A program made the translations under genes and the position numbers. The notes under the pieces were generated by a model. That model was not told the DNA's origin. It searched no databases and saw nothing but the letters and a program-made list of their open reading frames with translations. A stretch of DNA of 20,000 nt, taken from IMG/VR virus record IMGVR_UViG_3300049489_000987; one strand, given 5' to 3'. Position 1 is the first letter of the stretch, and each line of letters opens with the position of its first letter. The stretch comes from an uncultured virus (IMG/VR IMGVR_UViG_3300049489_000987) (Duplodnaviria; Heunggongvirae; Uroviricota; Caudoviricetes). This document shows, piece by piece, positions 8,250 to 15,906 of this stretch.

Positions 8250-9296
8250 TTATCTTATAACCTTTAAGTCATGAGGTTTAGACTCATGCCAAGAAGCATT
8301 TGAAATTTTAATAAATTCAGGGTTTTCTTTTAGCCAATTTAAATTATTTACTCCCTGATAAGAACAACCTGATTGAATACCATCTATTAATTTTTGCAAT
8401 ATAGATTTATATGATCCTTTAGGATTAACTAAAGCAGATACTCCTTCAACCCTACTTGTTTTATGAGTTGATGAACCTACATATTCTTTATATCGTATTC
8501 CATCAATAGTAATAAATGATCCTGGTGTTTCATCACATCCTGCAAATAAATTGCCTGACATAACTAAATCACCAAAACATAAACTCTTAACTACATCGCC
8601 AGCAGAAGTTACTCCACCATCAGCAATAATATACGTTTGCTGCCCTGTGCTTGCCTTTATAAAGCGTTTTGCTTCAAATACGTCCATCAGTGCAGTTAAT
8701 TGCGGAACCCCTGCTCCTGTTTCAATTCTTGTTGTGCAAGTGCTTCCTGCACCAATATTAACTTTAACAACATCAGCCCCTGCACTATAAAGACAAACAG
8801 CTCCATCATAAGTAGCTACATTACCAGCTATGATTAAAGATTTATCTAATTTAGTTCTTTTATCATCAATAAAAGAAACCATTGATTCACACAATTTAGA
8901 ATGACCATGAGCAACATCAATGCAAAAGATTTTAATACCTAATTCAAGGAATTTAGTAACTAGAACTTTGTCATTACTTTGCACGCCAACTGAAACCCCA
9001 ACAAAATTAAAAATATCTTCACCATATAGTTCCTTTAATTCCTGTATAATCTTAATTTGATCTTCTACAGAATCAAATCTATGTAAAAGACTTAATCCTT
9101 TAGATTCATAGTTTGCCTTAATTAATTCAATTCCAGTAATAGTTTTCATATTAGCAGGAACCATAGGATGATTAAATGTAAATCCCCTTATCGAAACATC
9201 AGTTTTAATTTCACTTCTTGATTTAATATTAGAATATTTAGGAACTAATAATACATCAGAAAAAGTTATTCCGTTTTCAATAAATTTTGCAGTCAT
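8250..9296 (-). CDS. guaB: IMP dehydrogenase / GMP reductase family protein lacking CBS domains
   Basis: TFSDVLLVP, IDVAHGHS, IAGNVAT, catalytic-loop GAGSTCTTR, IIADGG, VEGV. 348 aa. IMPDH versus GMPR activity is unresolved. Confidence 0.85.
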   Translation of the reverse strand: MTAKFIENGITFSDVLLVPKYSNIKSRSEIKTDVSIRGFTFNHPMVPANMKTITGIELIKANYESKGLSLLHRFDSVEDQIKIIQELKELYGEDIFNFVGVSVGVQSNDKVLVTKFLELGIKIFCIDVAHGHSKLCESMVSFIDDKRTKLDKSLIIAGNVATYDGAVCLYSAGADVVKVNIGAGSTCTTRIETGAGVPQLTALMDVFEAKRFIKASTGQQTYIIADGGVTSAGDVVKSLCFGDLVMSGNLFAGCDETPGSFITIDGIRYKEYVGSSTHKTSRVEGVSALVNPKGSYKSILQKLIDGIQSGCSYQGVNNLNWLKENPEFIKISNASWHESKPHDLKVIR

Positions 9297-9340
9297 GTTT
9301 CGTCTCCGATAGCTATATATATCGTATATATGAGGAACTC

Positions 9341-9520
9341 ATGCCCAAAAGCATCATCGCCCTACTATTGATTGGTTGCTCAAGCTGTCTTAAAGAACCT
9401 AATACTGCTTTATGTAAAAATTACAGTAGCACTAAAATCTGCTTAGAAACAAAAGATAAAATAATTAACAATGACAAACCAGATGTAATGTTAAAGATAG
9501 TGGTTAAAGTTAATTATTGA
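9341..9520 (+). CDS. Small putative lipoprotein
   Basis: GAGG RBS, then MPKSIIALLLIG-C (lipobox-like). Confidence 0.5.
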   Translation: MPKSIIALLLIGCSSCLKEPNTALCKNYSSTKICLETKDKIINNDKPDVMLKIVVKVNY

Positions 9521-9528
9521 AAGGAAAT

Positions 9529-9843
9529 ATGTTAAAATATATAATTGTAATGTTATTAATGGGATGTTCAAGTTCATTTACTAATAATGATGTACCACCT
9601 AAACCAACGCCAATAGTAACAGGTACAGATTATTGTGATGAAGCTGAAGCGAACTTAGTTAAGTTATCATGTGAAGATGCTAAACCAAGTCCTGATGGAA
9701 AATCATTTACTGAAGTTTGCAAAGAAACTCAGGCTAATGGTATTGCTTTAGATCCTGAATGTATAAGTAAAATTACTAACTGTGAACAAATTGATTGTTG
9801 TACTAATACTATAGTAGATCTTAAACTGTGTGGTGTAAAATGA
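9529..9843 (+). CDS. Cys-rich putative lipoprotein
   Basis: AGGA RBS, then MLKYIIVMLLMG-C lipobox; 8 further Cys. Confidence 0.65.
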   Translation: MLKYIIVMLLMGCSSSFTNNDVPPKPTPIVTGTDYCDEAEANLVKLSCEDAKPSPDGKSFTEVCKETQANGIALDPECISKITNCEQIDCCTNTIVDLKLCGVK

Positions 9844-10604
9844 AATTTGGATGTAAAGTAGAAGAGCCAAGTATTAATGATAAAGACTTTAGTTTAATTA
9901 AAAGTGATTTAGTTAAATTAGCTAGTACATCATCTGAACATATAATTCCTGAATGGACACCAATATCTAATCAGGGAGGATTATCTAGCTGTGTTGCAAA
10001 TGCTACTTGTGATGCATTAGAGATTTTATTAGGTCTTGAAGATAAGACAGTTCAATTATCTAGATTGTTTGTATATTGGAATGCAAGGGTATACTCAAAA
10101 GACACCGACCAAGACACAGGAACGTTCATTAGAAACGCTTTTGATTCATTAAAGACCTTAGGGGTATGTTCTGAATCAAAATGGTTATACGACGAATCTA
10201 AGGTATTTGCTCAGCCACCATATAGGGCTTATAAGGAAGCTAATTCAAATAAGATAACTTCTTATTATAGAATTAGCACTGAGGATTCAGAAAGGGTATT
10301 AGATATTGAAAGAGCAATAAGAGCTAATCATCCTGTAGTATTTGGAACTCCAGTTAGTCAGGAATTTGTTTCATCATATGGAGTAGATAAAGTATGGTCT
10401 AGACCTGAAAAATCAATTGGCAGACATGCAATGATAATTACAGGAGTAAGAAATGGTTCTTCAGGAAAAGAATTTCTGATAAGAAACAGTTGGGGATTAG
10501 GTTGGGGAGATAATGGACATTGTTGGTTTGATGAATCATATATTACATATGATCAAACATCAGATATTTGGGTCCCAACAAGAATGCCAGATCTAAAAGT
10601 ATAA
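9840..10604 (+). CDS. Papain-like (C1A) cysteine protease
   Basis: QGGLSSCVA (oxyanion Gln and catalytic Cys), QLSRLFVY, GRHAM (His), RNSWGLGWGDNG (Asn); ATGA overlap with the upstream gene. Confidence 0.92.
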   Translation: MKFGCKVEEPSINDKDFSLIKSDLVKLASTSSEHIIPEWTPISNQGGLSSCVANATCDALEILLGLEDKTVQLSRLFVYWNARVYSKDTDQDTGTFIRNAFDSLKTLGVCSESKWLYDESKVFAQPPYRAYKEANSNKITSYYRISTEDSERVLDIERAIRANHPVVFGTPVSQEFVSSYGVDKVWSRPEKSIGRHAMIITGVRNGSSGKEFLIRNSWGLGWGDNGHCWFDESYITYDQTSDIWVPTRMPDLKV

Positions 10605-10608
10605 GTAA

Positions 10609-10650
10609 AATCCCTCCTAAAAATTAATTAGGAGGGATTAATTTATCTTT
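10609..10650. terminator. Probable bidirectional intrinsic terminator
   Basis: Perfect 12-bp stem AATCCCTCCTAA/TTAGGAGGGATT (10609-10639) between convergent genes, with A/T-rich flanks. Confidence 0.8.
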
Positions 10651-10723
10651 TAATATAAAAAGCAAGGTCTGCTAATACATATCCAAATGAAAAACCAATC
10701 ATAACATATAGTATGTAACTCAT
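10643..10723 (-). CDS. 26-aa single-TM peptide MSYILYVMIGFSFGYVLADLAFYIKR
   Basis: ATGA overlap with the infA stop; ends just before the terminator. Confidence 0.45.
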   Translation of the reverse strand: MSYILYVMIGFSFGYVLADLAFYIKR

Positions 10724-10935
10724 TTTATACGCTTAATAATACGACCTTGAGCTAAGTCATATTCTGATACTTCAACAATTACTTTGTCACCAGGAATTAC
10801 TTTAATACTATTCTTTTTAATAGAGCCACTTAAAGTGCAAGTAATAATATGATTTTCAGTTGATTTCACTTTGAACTTACCATGACAATCTTCAGTGACA
10901 ATTCCGTTGTAAGTAATACGATCTCTTTTTGACAT
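10720..10935 (-). CDS. infA: Translation initiation factor IF-1
   Basis: 71 aa; G.V.E...FKV...H.I.C.LSG..K.N.IKVIPGDKV.VEVS.YDL..GRII.R matches the IF-1 consensus. Confidence 0.9.
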   Translation of the reverse strand: MSKRDRITYNGIVTEDCHGKFKVKSTENHIITCTLSGSIKKNSIKVIPGDKVIVEVSEYDLAQGRIIKRIK

Positions 10936-10941
10936 AAATTT

Positions 10942-11526
10942 CTATTTTCTCCAATCTAATAAGTTAACATTTAAATCCTGTATCAGATCATCTGGTATAG
11001 GATTACACGATATCCACGCTTTGCCATTTTCAAATGGAAAATATCCATTATGAGGTTCTAATTTTATAAATGAAATAATATCATTATATTCAATAATATC
11101 TTTTATTGCATCTAACCCTAGCATTAATGAAGGTATTCTTTCCCAAGTATTTTCTTTTATAAAAGTCCTTAATATATTATCTATTCCAAGAAAAGATATT
11201 ATATAAGTATTGTTTAATTCTAAAAAATAAACTATCTCACTAATCCTTGATACTTTTTCTATAGGTAAATGTAGATATTGGTCTTTAGGGTCAGCTGAGA
11301 TATTTATATCATTATAAGTTACCTTGAGCTTCTTTTTAACAACCTCAATCGTATTATTATAATCATCTCGCCAATGATATTGAAAACCATTCTTTTTAAT
11401 AGATGGACGTATATTACAAGCCAAGAACATATCTGTAAGTTTATTAATGCCTGTAAATTTTTCTAAAGAATGATATTTATATTGGTTTTTAGAATAATAC
11501 CTTTTAATCATTATACAATTCTTCAA
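10942..11526 (-). CDS. Hypothetical protein
   Basis: Long ORF in the minus-strand operon; no motif recognised; the start may be the ATG at 11511. Confidence 0.6.
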   Translation of the reverse strand: MKNCIMIKRYYSKNQYKYHSLEKFTGINKLTDMFLACNIRPSIKKNGFQYHWRDDYNNTIEVVKKKLKVTYNDINISADPKDQYLHLPIEKVSRISEIVYFLELNNTYIISFLGIDNILRTFIKENTWERIPSLMLGLDAIKDIIEYNDIISFIKLEPHNGYFPFENGKAWISCNPIPDDLIQDLNVNLLDWRK

Positions 11527-12136
11527 TCAATTGATTATAATCATCTTCAGATACTACAACTGGTTTATGAGGATCATTTTTAATAAAGGGTAAGAAATCA
11601 ATTCCCATTGCTTCTAATTCTTTATATAATAGATAATTGTTCCTTGTATCAAATTTAGCCGAATGAGCTTCTGAGAATTTCTTAATTTTTAATAAGTCAC
11701 AACTAGCATGAAGATTAACGGCAGTTTTAATATTATGTTTTTTCTTATATTCTTTCATAATAGAAAGAGTATCTAAATAAAGATCAGCCGGAAAGAATGA
11801 ACCTACTTCTTCCCAAAGAGCATGTAAAAATTTCTTATCAAAGGTCCAAATATTATGACCTATAATACATCTATGAGAAGGGTCAGTATTATCTAAATTA
11901 AATAGTCTATTACATTTTTCAACTACTTCTTGTTTAGATTTACCATACTTTAAATCATTTAATGTTTTACCTGTAATTTTTAAAGCATCATAAGAAGCTC
12001 TTTCAGGATGAATACAAATTACATTTTCATTAAGTTGCATTTTATCTTTACATCTAATAATAGATATTTCAGATACTTCATTATATTTTGCTTTTAATCC
12101 AGTTGTCTCTAAGTCAAGAACATAGTATTCAAGCAT
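11504..12136 (-). CDS. DEDDh 3'-5' exonuclease (DnaQ-like)
   Basis: ExoI LDLETTG, ExoII GHN..FD, ExoIII HSAKFD. Confidence 0.9.
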   Translation of the reverse strand: MLEYYVLDLETTGLKAKYNEVSEISIIRCKDKMQLNENVICIHPERASYDALKITGKTLNDLKYGKSKQEVVEKCNRLFNLDNTDPSHRCIIGHNIWTFDKKFLHALWEEVGSFFPADLYLDTLSIMKEYKKKHNIKTAVNLHASCDLLKIKKFSEAHSAKFDTRNNYLLYKELEAMGIDFLPFIKNDPHKPVVVSEDDYNQLIEELYND

Positions 12137-12587
12137 TTTCTAATTCCTTAATAATGAATTTAGGGATATATTTATTTTTAAGATAATGATTTAATATGTT
12201 TTGTGGGATCGTCTTATATGATCCTATTACTTTTCTACAATTAAAAGAATTACATTGACACTGGAATTCATTATTAACAATAGTAATAGCAGAGTAGTCA
12301 AAAGTAATTTGAGTATTAGTCATTATGGGGTGGATAGAATAAAGAAAGGCTCTATTATGAATAATTTTAACGTAACAGTTAGGAGAGCATGAATGATTTA
12401 CAAAATCATCAATTAGTCCTGAAGGAGATAGGAATTTATTTTTATCTAAAGGAAGATAAAGATCTAAATTAGATACTTGATCTAAAGAAACGATATCACC
12501 TTTAAATTCTAATACTGGATAATTTTGAGGAATAAGTTCTTTGGTAAAAACACCTTTACCGAAAGATAGGTCTTTAATATAAAGCAT
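12129..12587 (-). CDS. SET-domain protein-lysine methyltransferase with post-SET
   Basis: GKGVF, FVNHSCSPN, QITFDY and post-SET CQCNSFNCR. Confidence 0.92.
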   Translation of the reverse strand: MLYIKDLSFGKGVFTKELIPQNYPVLEFKGDIVSLDQVSNLDLYLPLDKNKFLSPSGLIDDFVNHSCSPNCYVKIIHNRAFLYSIHPIMTNTQITFDYSAITIVNNEFQCQCNSFNCRKVIGSYKTIPQNILNHYLKNKYIPKFIIKELENA

Positions 12588-12590
12588 AGT

Positions 12591-12923
12591 TTAGGATAAT
12601 CTACCGTTTAAAAATCGTTTGGTTAAAAGGATAAGGCAAGACATAGATTCCTTGATAGACATAGTTAAATAAGTTTTCTTAGGAAGAAAGTATTTAATAT
12701 GAATAGGATTAGGTTGTCTTTGTTTAAGAATTTCGTAAGCTTGTTCTGGAGAGTCGGCAAGGATTCTGAATTTAGCTATAGCAGGAACCATGATGTTCAG
12801 CTCGATATCGTAGTTCTTTTGTTGCTTTTCTTTGACTGTGCCACATTTAGAACAAGAGGTTTTCTTGTCTTTTATAGAAGTAACAAATGAATTTTGAGCT
12901 TTACATTTAGTACATACTTGCAT
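12591..12923 (-). CDS. Hypothetical protein with N-terminal zinc ribbon
   Basis: CTKC...CSKC. Confidence 0.6.
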   Translation of the reverse strand: MQVCTKCKAQNSFVTSIKDKKTSCSKCGTVKEKQQKNYDIELNIMVPAIAKFRILADSPEQAYEILKQRQPNPIHIKYFLPKKTYLTMSIKESMSCLILLTKRFLNGRLS

Positions 12924-12942
12924 AATTATCTCGTATTAATAT

Positions 12943-13278
12943 ATGAAACTATTAGGAGCAATTGTATTTGTTAATGAAGATATATCAGAGCAAGTATTAT
13001 CTGCGTTGCAAACTCAATTATTTATTACAGAAACAATAAGTTTAAGTGAATTATTAATTAGAAATACAGGGAATTATATAAGAGATTATAAATTAGCCAA
13101 TAAAAGAATGTTAGTTGTATGCGATTTCTGGTCACCAAGAGAACATTTTGAATTAGCTGATGTAGCTATTTTCATTAAAGCAGGATTGGCTTATATAGAA
13201 AAAGATAATTTTGGACCAACAGAAAAGACGTATAATGTTAGAGATTTACAATTAGCTCAGATTATTCCTTTGATTTAA
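12943..13278 (+). CDS. Hypothetical protein
   Basis: 111-aa ORF, divergent from 12923, with protein-like composition. Confidence 0.55.
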   Translation: MKLLGAIVFVNEDISEQVLSALQTQLFITETISLSELLIRNTGNYIRDYKLANKRMLVVCDFWSPREHFELADVAIFIKAGLAYIEKDNFGPTEKTYNVRDLQLAQIIPLI

Positions 13279-13440
13279 ATAATTTGAGAAAATACTGATA
13301 GAAATTATTATCATTGATAATATTGATGAATAAACTAGATCTTTAAATGAAGCATTTATAATTAATGATAAAATTATTGATAGTATAGGGGTTCCAACAA
13401 ATGTTACAACTGAAACTGCAATTAATTCATTTTTTGTCAT
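13252..13440 (-). CDS. Small two-TM membrane protein (paralog of 13707-13895)
   Basis: MTKNELIAVS...NYLNQRNNLS aligns with MRKKDLIAIS...NYLTIRNYLR; both 62 aa. The start at 13440 is inferred from the paralogy. Confidence 0.65.
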   Translation of the reverse strand: MTKNELIAVSVVTFVGTPILSIILSLIINASFKDLVYSSILSMIIISISIFSNYLNQRNNLS

Positions 13441-13476
13441 ATAAATAAACCTGGCTCCAAAAATACTAATATTTAT

Positions 13477-13710
13477 CCTTATCAACAAGAAGACCCTTGC
13501 TTTTAAGCAAGGGATGAATTGTTAAAAAAGATCAATAAAATTTAAAAACATCTGCATACCCTGATATATAATGTATAAGAAGTTATTACGAAAACCAAGT
13601 ATTAACTTCTATACTAAAAATTGTGGCAGGAACTGTCTTAATTTAAAAAACTCTTTGAAAGAAGCTTCTTCTGATAAGAAGCCCTTACATTAATGTAAGG
13701 GCAAGTTCAC
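13477..13710 (+). mobile_element. Non-autonomous IS200/IS605 mini-element (PATE/MITE-like) retaining an omega-RNA
   Basis: Left end CAAGAAGACCCTTGCTTTTAAGCAAGGGATGAATTG resembles 6042-6077. The 3' part GGCAGGAACTG...TTGAAA...GATAAGAAG-hairpin-AGTTCAC resembles 7222-7309. No ORF. Confidence 0.88.
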
Positions 13711-13895
13711 CTCAGATAATTCCTTATGGTTAAATAATTAACCAAAATACAAATTGAAACTATACCCATTGATAACACCCAAGAAACAACAGCTTGTTTC
13801 TGCGTAGCATTTATAGCTGCTGATACGAGTATTGATAGGCTAGAAGTTACAACAAGCGATAGCATTGATATTGCTATTAAATCTTTTTTTCTCAT
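13707..13895 (-). CDS. Small two-TM membrane protein
   Basis: 62 aa; its stop codon (TGA) is supplied by the mini-element right end. Confidence 0.65.
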   Translation of the reverse strand: MRKKDLIAISMLSLVVTSSLSILVSAAINATQKQAVVSWVLSMGIVSICILVNYLTIRNYLR

Positions 13896-14302
13896 ATTTG
13901 AATTCCCATAGTTTTTAATCTTATTTTAATAGATTTTTCTGGAACATTAAACATAGTAGCAAGAGTTTCTATTGGATTTGATCTTGGATAATAAGCCAAT
14001 ATCATTGCAGGTGGCATTAATAGTTCAGCTGCAAATTTAAATGGTTCTTCAGAAAGAATCTTTCCTAATTCAATAGCTACAGCAAAATTATGATTAGAAC
14101 AAGATTTGTCAATGTAAATTCTTCTATTGTATTTATCAAACCAAGAATCATTGTTTCCAAATTCAGTTTTTTCAAGTATAGCTGAGAAAACTCTAAAACC
14201 AAGTATATCGGCTATAGAAATAGCATTTATTGGCGGCTCTACAACATTTAGTATTAAAAGAATTTCTGATGCAGATTTGCCAATGAGATCTTTATAATTC
14301 AT
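13892..14302 (-). CDS. ImmA/IrrE (DUF955)-like protein with degenerate HExxH
   Basis: PPIN..IA..LG, RRIYI, FAVAIELGK (normally AHELGH), FAAELLMP, and C-terminal LATMFNV..IKIRL. Confidence 0.75.
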   Translation of the reverse strand: MNYKDLIGKSASEILLILNVVEPPINAISIADILGFRVFSAILEKTEFGNNDSWFDKYNRRIYIDKSCSNHNFAVAIELGKILSEEPFKFAAELLMPPAMILAYYPRSNPIETLATMFNVPEKSIKIRLKTMGIQI

Positions 14303-14768
14303 AGCCAACCAATCCTTTTAAACCTGATGACTCTAGTCTAAGCAACATAGCTTCAAAGCTAACATTGAATATTTTAGCTAAATCAGCAACAGGTGTTCTT
14401 GATTTAGGAAAATTTGCAATAATAAAGTCTTTAGGCAATATTAAGTCACAGGCAAATGCATTTGCTTTTATGCAATTAATTGAACAATTATAATTGCTTA
14501 AGACAGTATCTGCAAACAAATGACCAAGCATATGAGCAACGATAAAATTATTATCTTTAGTAGATTTTCTATTAATTATAATTTTAGGATTTAATTCATC
14601 AAAATTAATGCTTGCATCATTATTGTCTGCAAAATCTCCTTCAAATATTTTGATATTAAGTTTGGAAGAAATTAAAAAGGTATTAATTGGAGGATAGATG
14701 ATACCTAGATCAAGTAGAATGTCTACTGCTCCAAGTTTCTCTTTTCTAAATTCTTTCCAATTACTCAT
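14292..14768 (-). CDS. ImmA/IrrE (DUF955)-like protein, HExxH changed to HMLGH
   Basis: PPIN, PKIIINR, FIVAHMLGH, ANAFACDLILP, LAKIFNVS.EAM..RL. Start at MSNWKEFR. Confidence 0.8.
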   Translation of the reverse strand: MSNWKEFRKEKLGAVDILLDLGIIYPPINTFLISSKLNIKIFEGDFADNNDASINFDELNPKIIINRKSTKDNNFIVAHMLGHLFADTVLSNYNCSINCIKANAFACDLILPKDFIIANFPKSRTPVADLAKIFNVSFEAMLLRLESSGLKGLVGYEL

Positions 14769-15243
14769 GACAATAGAAGTTTTCCATACCAAGTGAATTT
14801 AATCTTGCTTTCATAACTGAATATGAAACATAAAACAATCTAGCTAAATCTGAAATTTTAGATACATTACTAAATGTAGCTGCGCTAAGCAAAGGTATTG
14901 GAACCAAAAGATTTACTGCAAATATTATTGATTTATATCGCAGATTTTCATTTTCTTTTTTATCAAAATCTTCAAGAGGAACTAAATGGTTGTAATTAAG
15001 AATATATCCAATAGCCTGGGAAATCCAAAGGCGCTTATCAACTTCTGACAAATTACCATTATATAAAATAATAGGATTATTTTCTTTCCATATAACTTTT
15101 GTTTTAGTTACTTTGTCATCAGAAAATGCTGAAATATCTAATTTGTATAGAATATATTCTATATTAACTGGGTAGTGAAGAATACCTAGCTTTATTAAAA
15201 TAGATTGTGCAGTTAGGTATCTAAATTCTTTCCAATTACTCAT
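14761..15243 (-). CDS. ImmA/IrrE (DUF955)-like protein, HExxH lost
   Basis: YPVNI, PIILYN..LS...KRLWISQAIGY, FAVNLLVP, LARLFYVS.SVMKARL. Confidence 0.72.
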   Translation of the reverse strand: MSNWKEFRYLTAQSILIKLGILHYPVNIEYILYKLDISAFSDDKVTKTKVIWKENNPIILYNGNLSEVDKRLWISQAIGYILNYNHLVPLEDFDKKENENLRYKSIIFAVNLLVPIPLLSAATFSNVSKISDLARLFYVSYSVMKARLNSLGMENFYCHE

Positions 15244-15905
15244 TAAATTTTAACAAATGTAATTTCATATAATTGTTTGGTAGCTTTATGTTTAAAAGAT
15301 AATTTATTATTAACAGTAGTTATGTAGTTGTAGATATATTTAACAGGCAATCGTATTAATTGTCTATTTAGATAGAAAGAACCAATCCTTGGAAAATTTG
15401 TTTCTTTTACTTTCTTTACAGTCATTAAGAATGGAATTTTATTTATTTTAACTTTTAAAGAATCACCTAAAAGGTTATACTTTATTAGTTTATTTATTCT
15501 TGGAGAAAAACATGAATCAAAACTAATTCCATTTTCAGCCATATTTGAAGTAAATTGCTTTAAGAACTCTTCTTTCTTTTTGCTATCAAATTTAGAAATG
15601 TTTTTTATAAAATCGGTATAGTTGCTTGCTTTACAAAAAGGTATCTTTTTTTCAGGATTTAGTTGTGCTAATTCTATAGTAGCCTGCGTTAAATTTAGGT
15701 TATTTTTAATAACCGTTACTTTAGCTTTTTTGCTAAAATCTTTTTTATTTGGATAAATAGTCCTTAAATGTTCATAATTTTTGGATTTACTATAAACCCT
15801 GCGCTTGATTTCATATAGATGCTTTTTAATGTCTTTACCTTTACTTTTAAAGTAAAAACATGAATCATCAACTGCGACTGAGAAAATAAAATATGGATTA
15901 TTCAT
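15243..15905 (-). CDS. Basic hypothetical protein; C-terminal domain paralogous to 15907-16356
   Basis: Shared ENG..D.C.SP..NKLI.Y...KKVKE...PR...LPVK..Y.YI..VNNKLS....ATKQ.YEITF. Confidence 0.65.
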   Translation of the reverse strand: MNNPYFIFSVAVDDSCFYFKSKGKDIKKHLYEIKRRVYSKSKNYEHLRTIYPNKKDFSKKAKVTVIKNNLNLTQATIELAQLNPEKKIPFCKASNYTDFIKNISKFDSKKKEEFLKQFTSNMAENGISFDSCFSPRINKLIKYNLLGDSLKVKINKIPFLMTVKKVKETNFPRIGSFYLNRQLIRLPVKYIYNYITTVNNKLSFKHKATKQLYEITFVKI

Positions 15906-15906
15906 T

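Noticed and set aside
8551..8790. Plus-strand ORF inside guaB (likewise 12699-12890 and 16806-17060)
   Set aside because: Antisense shadows of well-supported genes.
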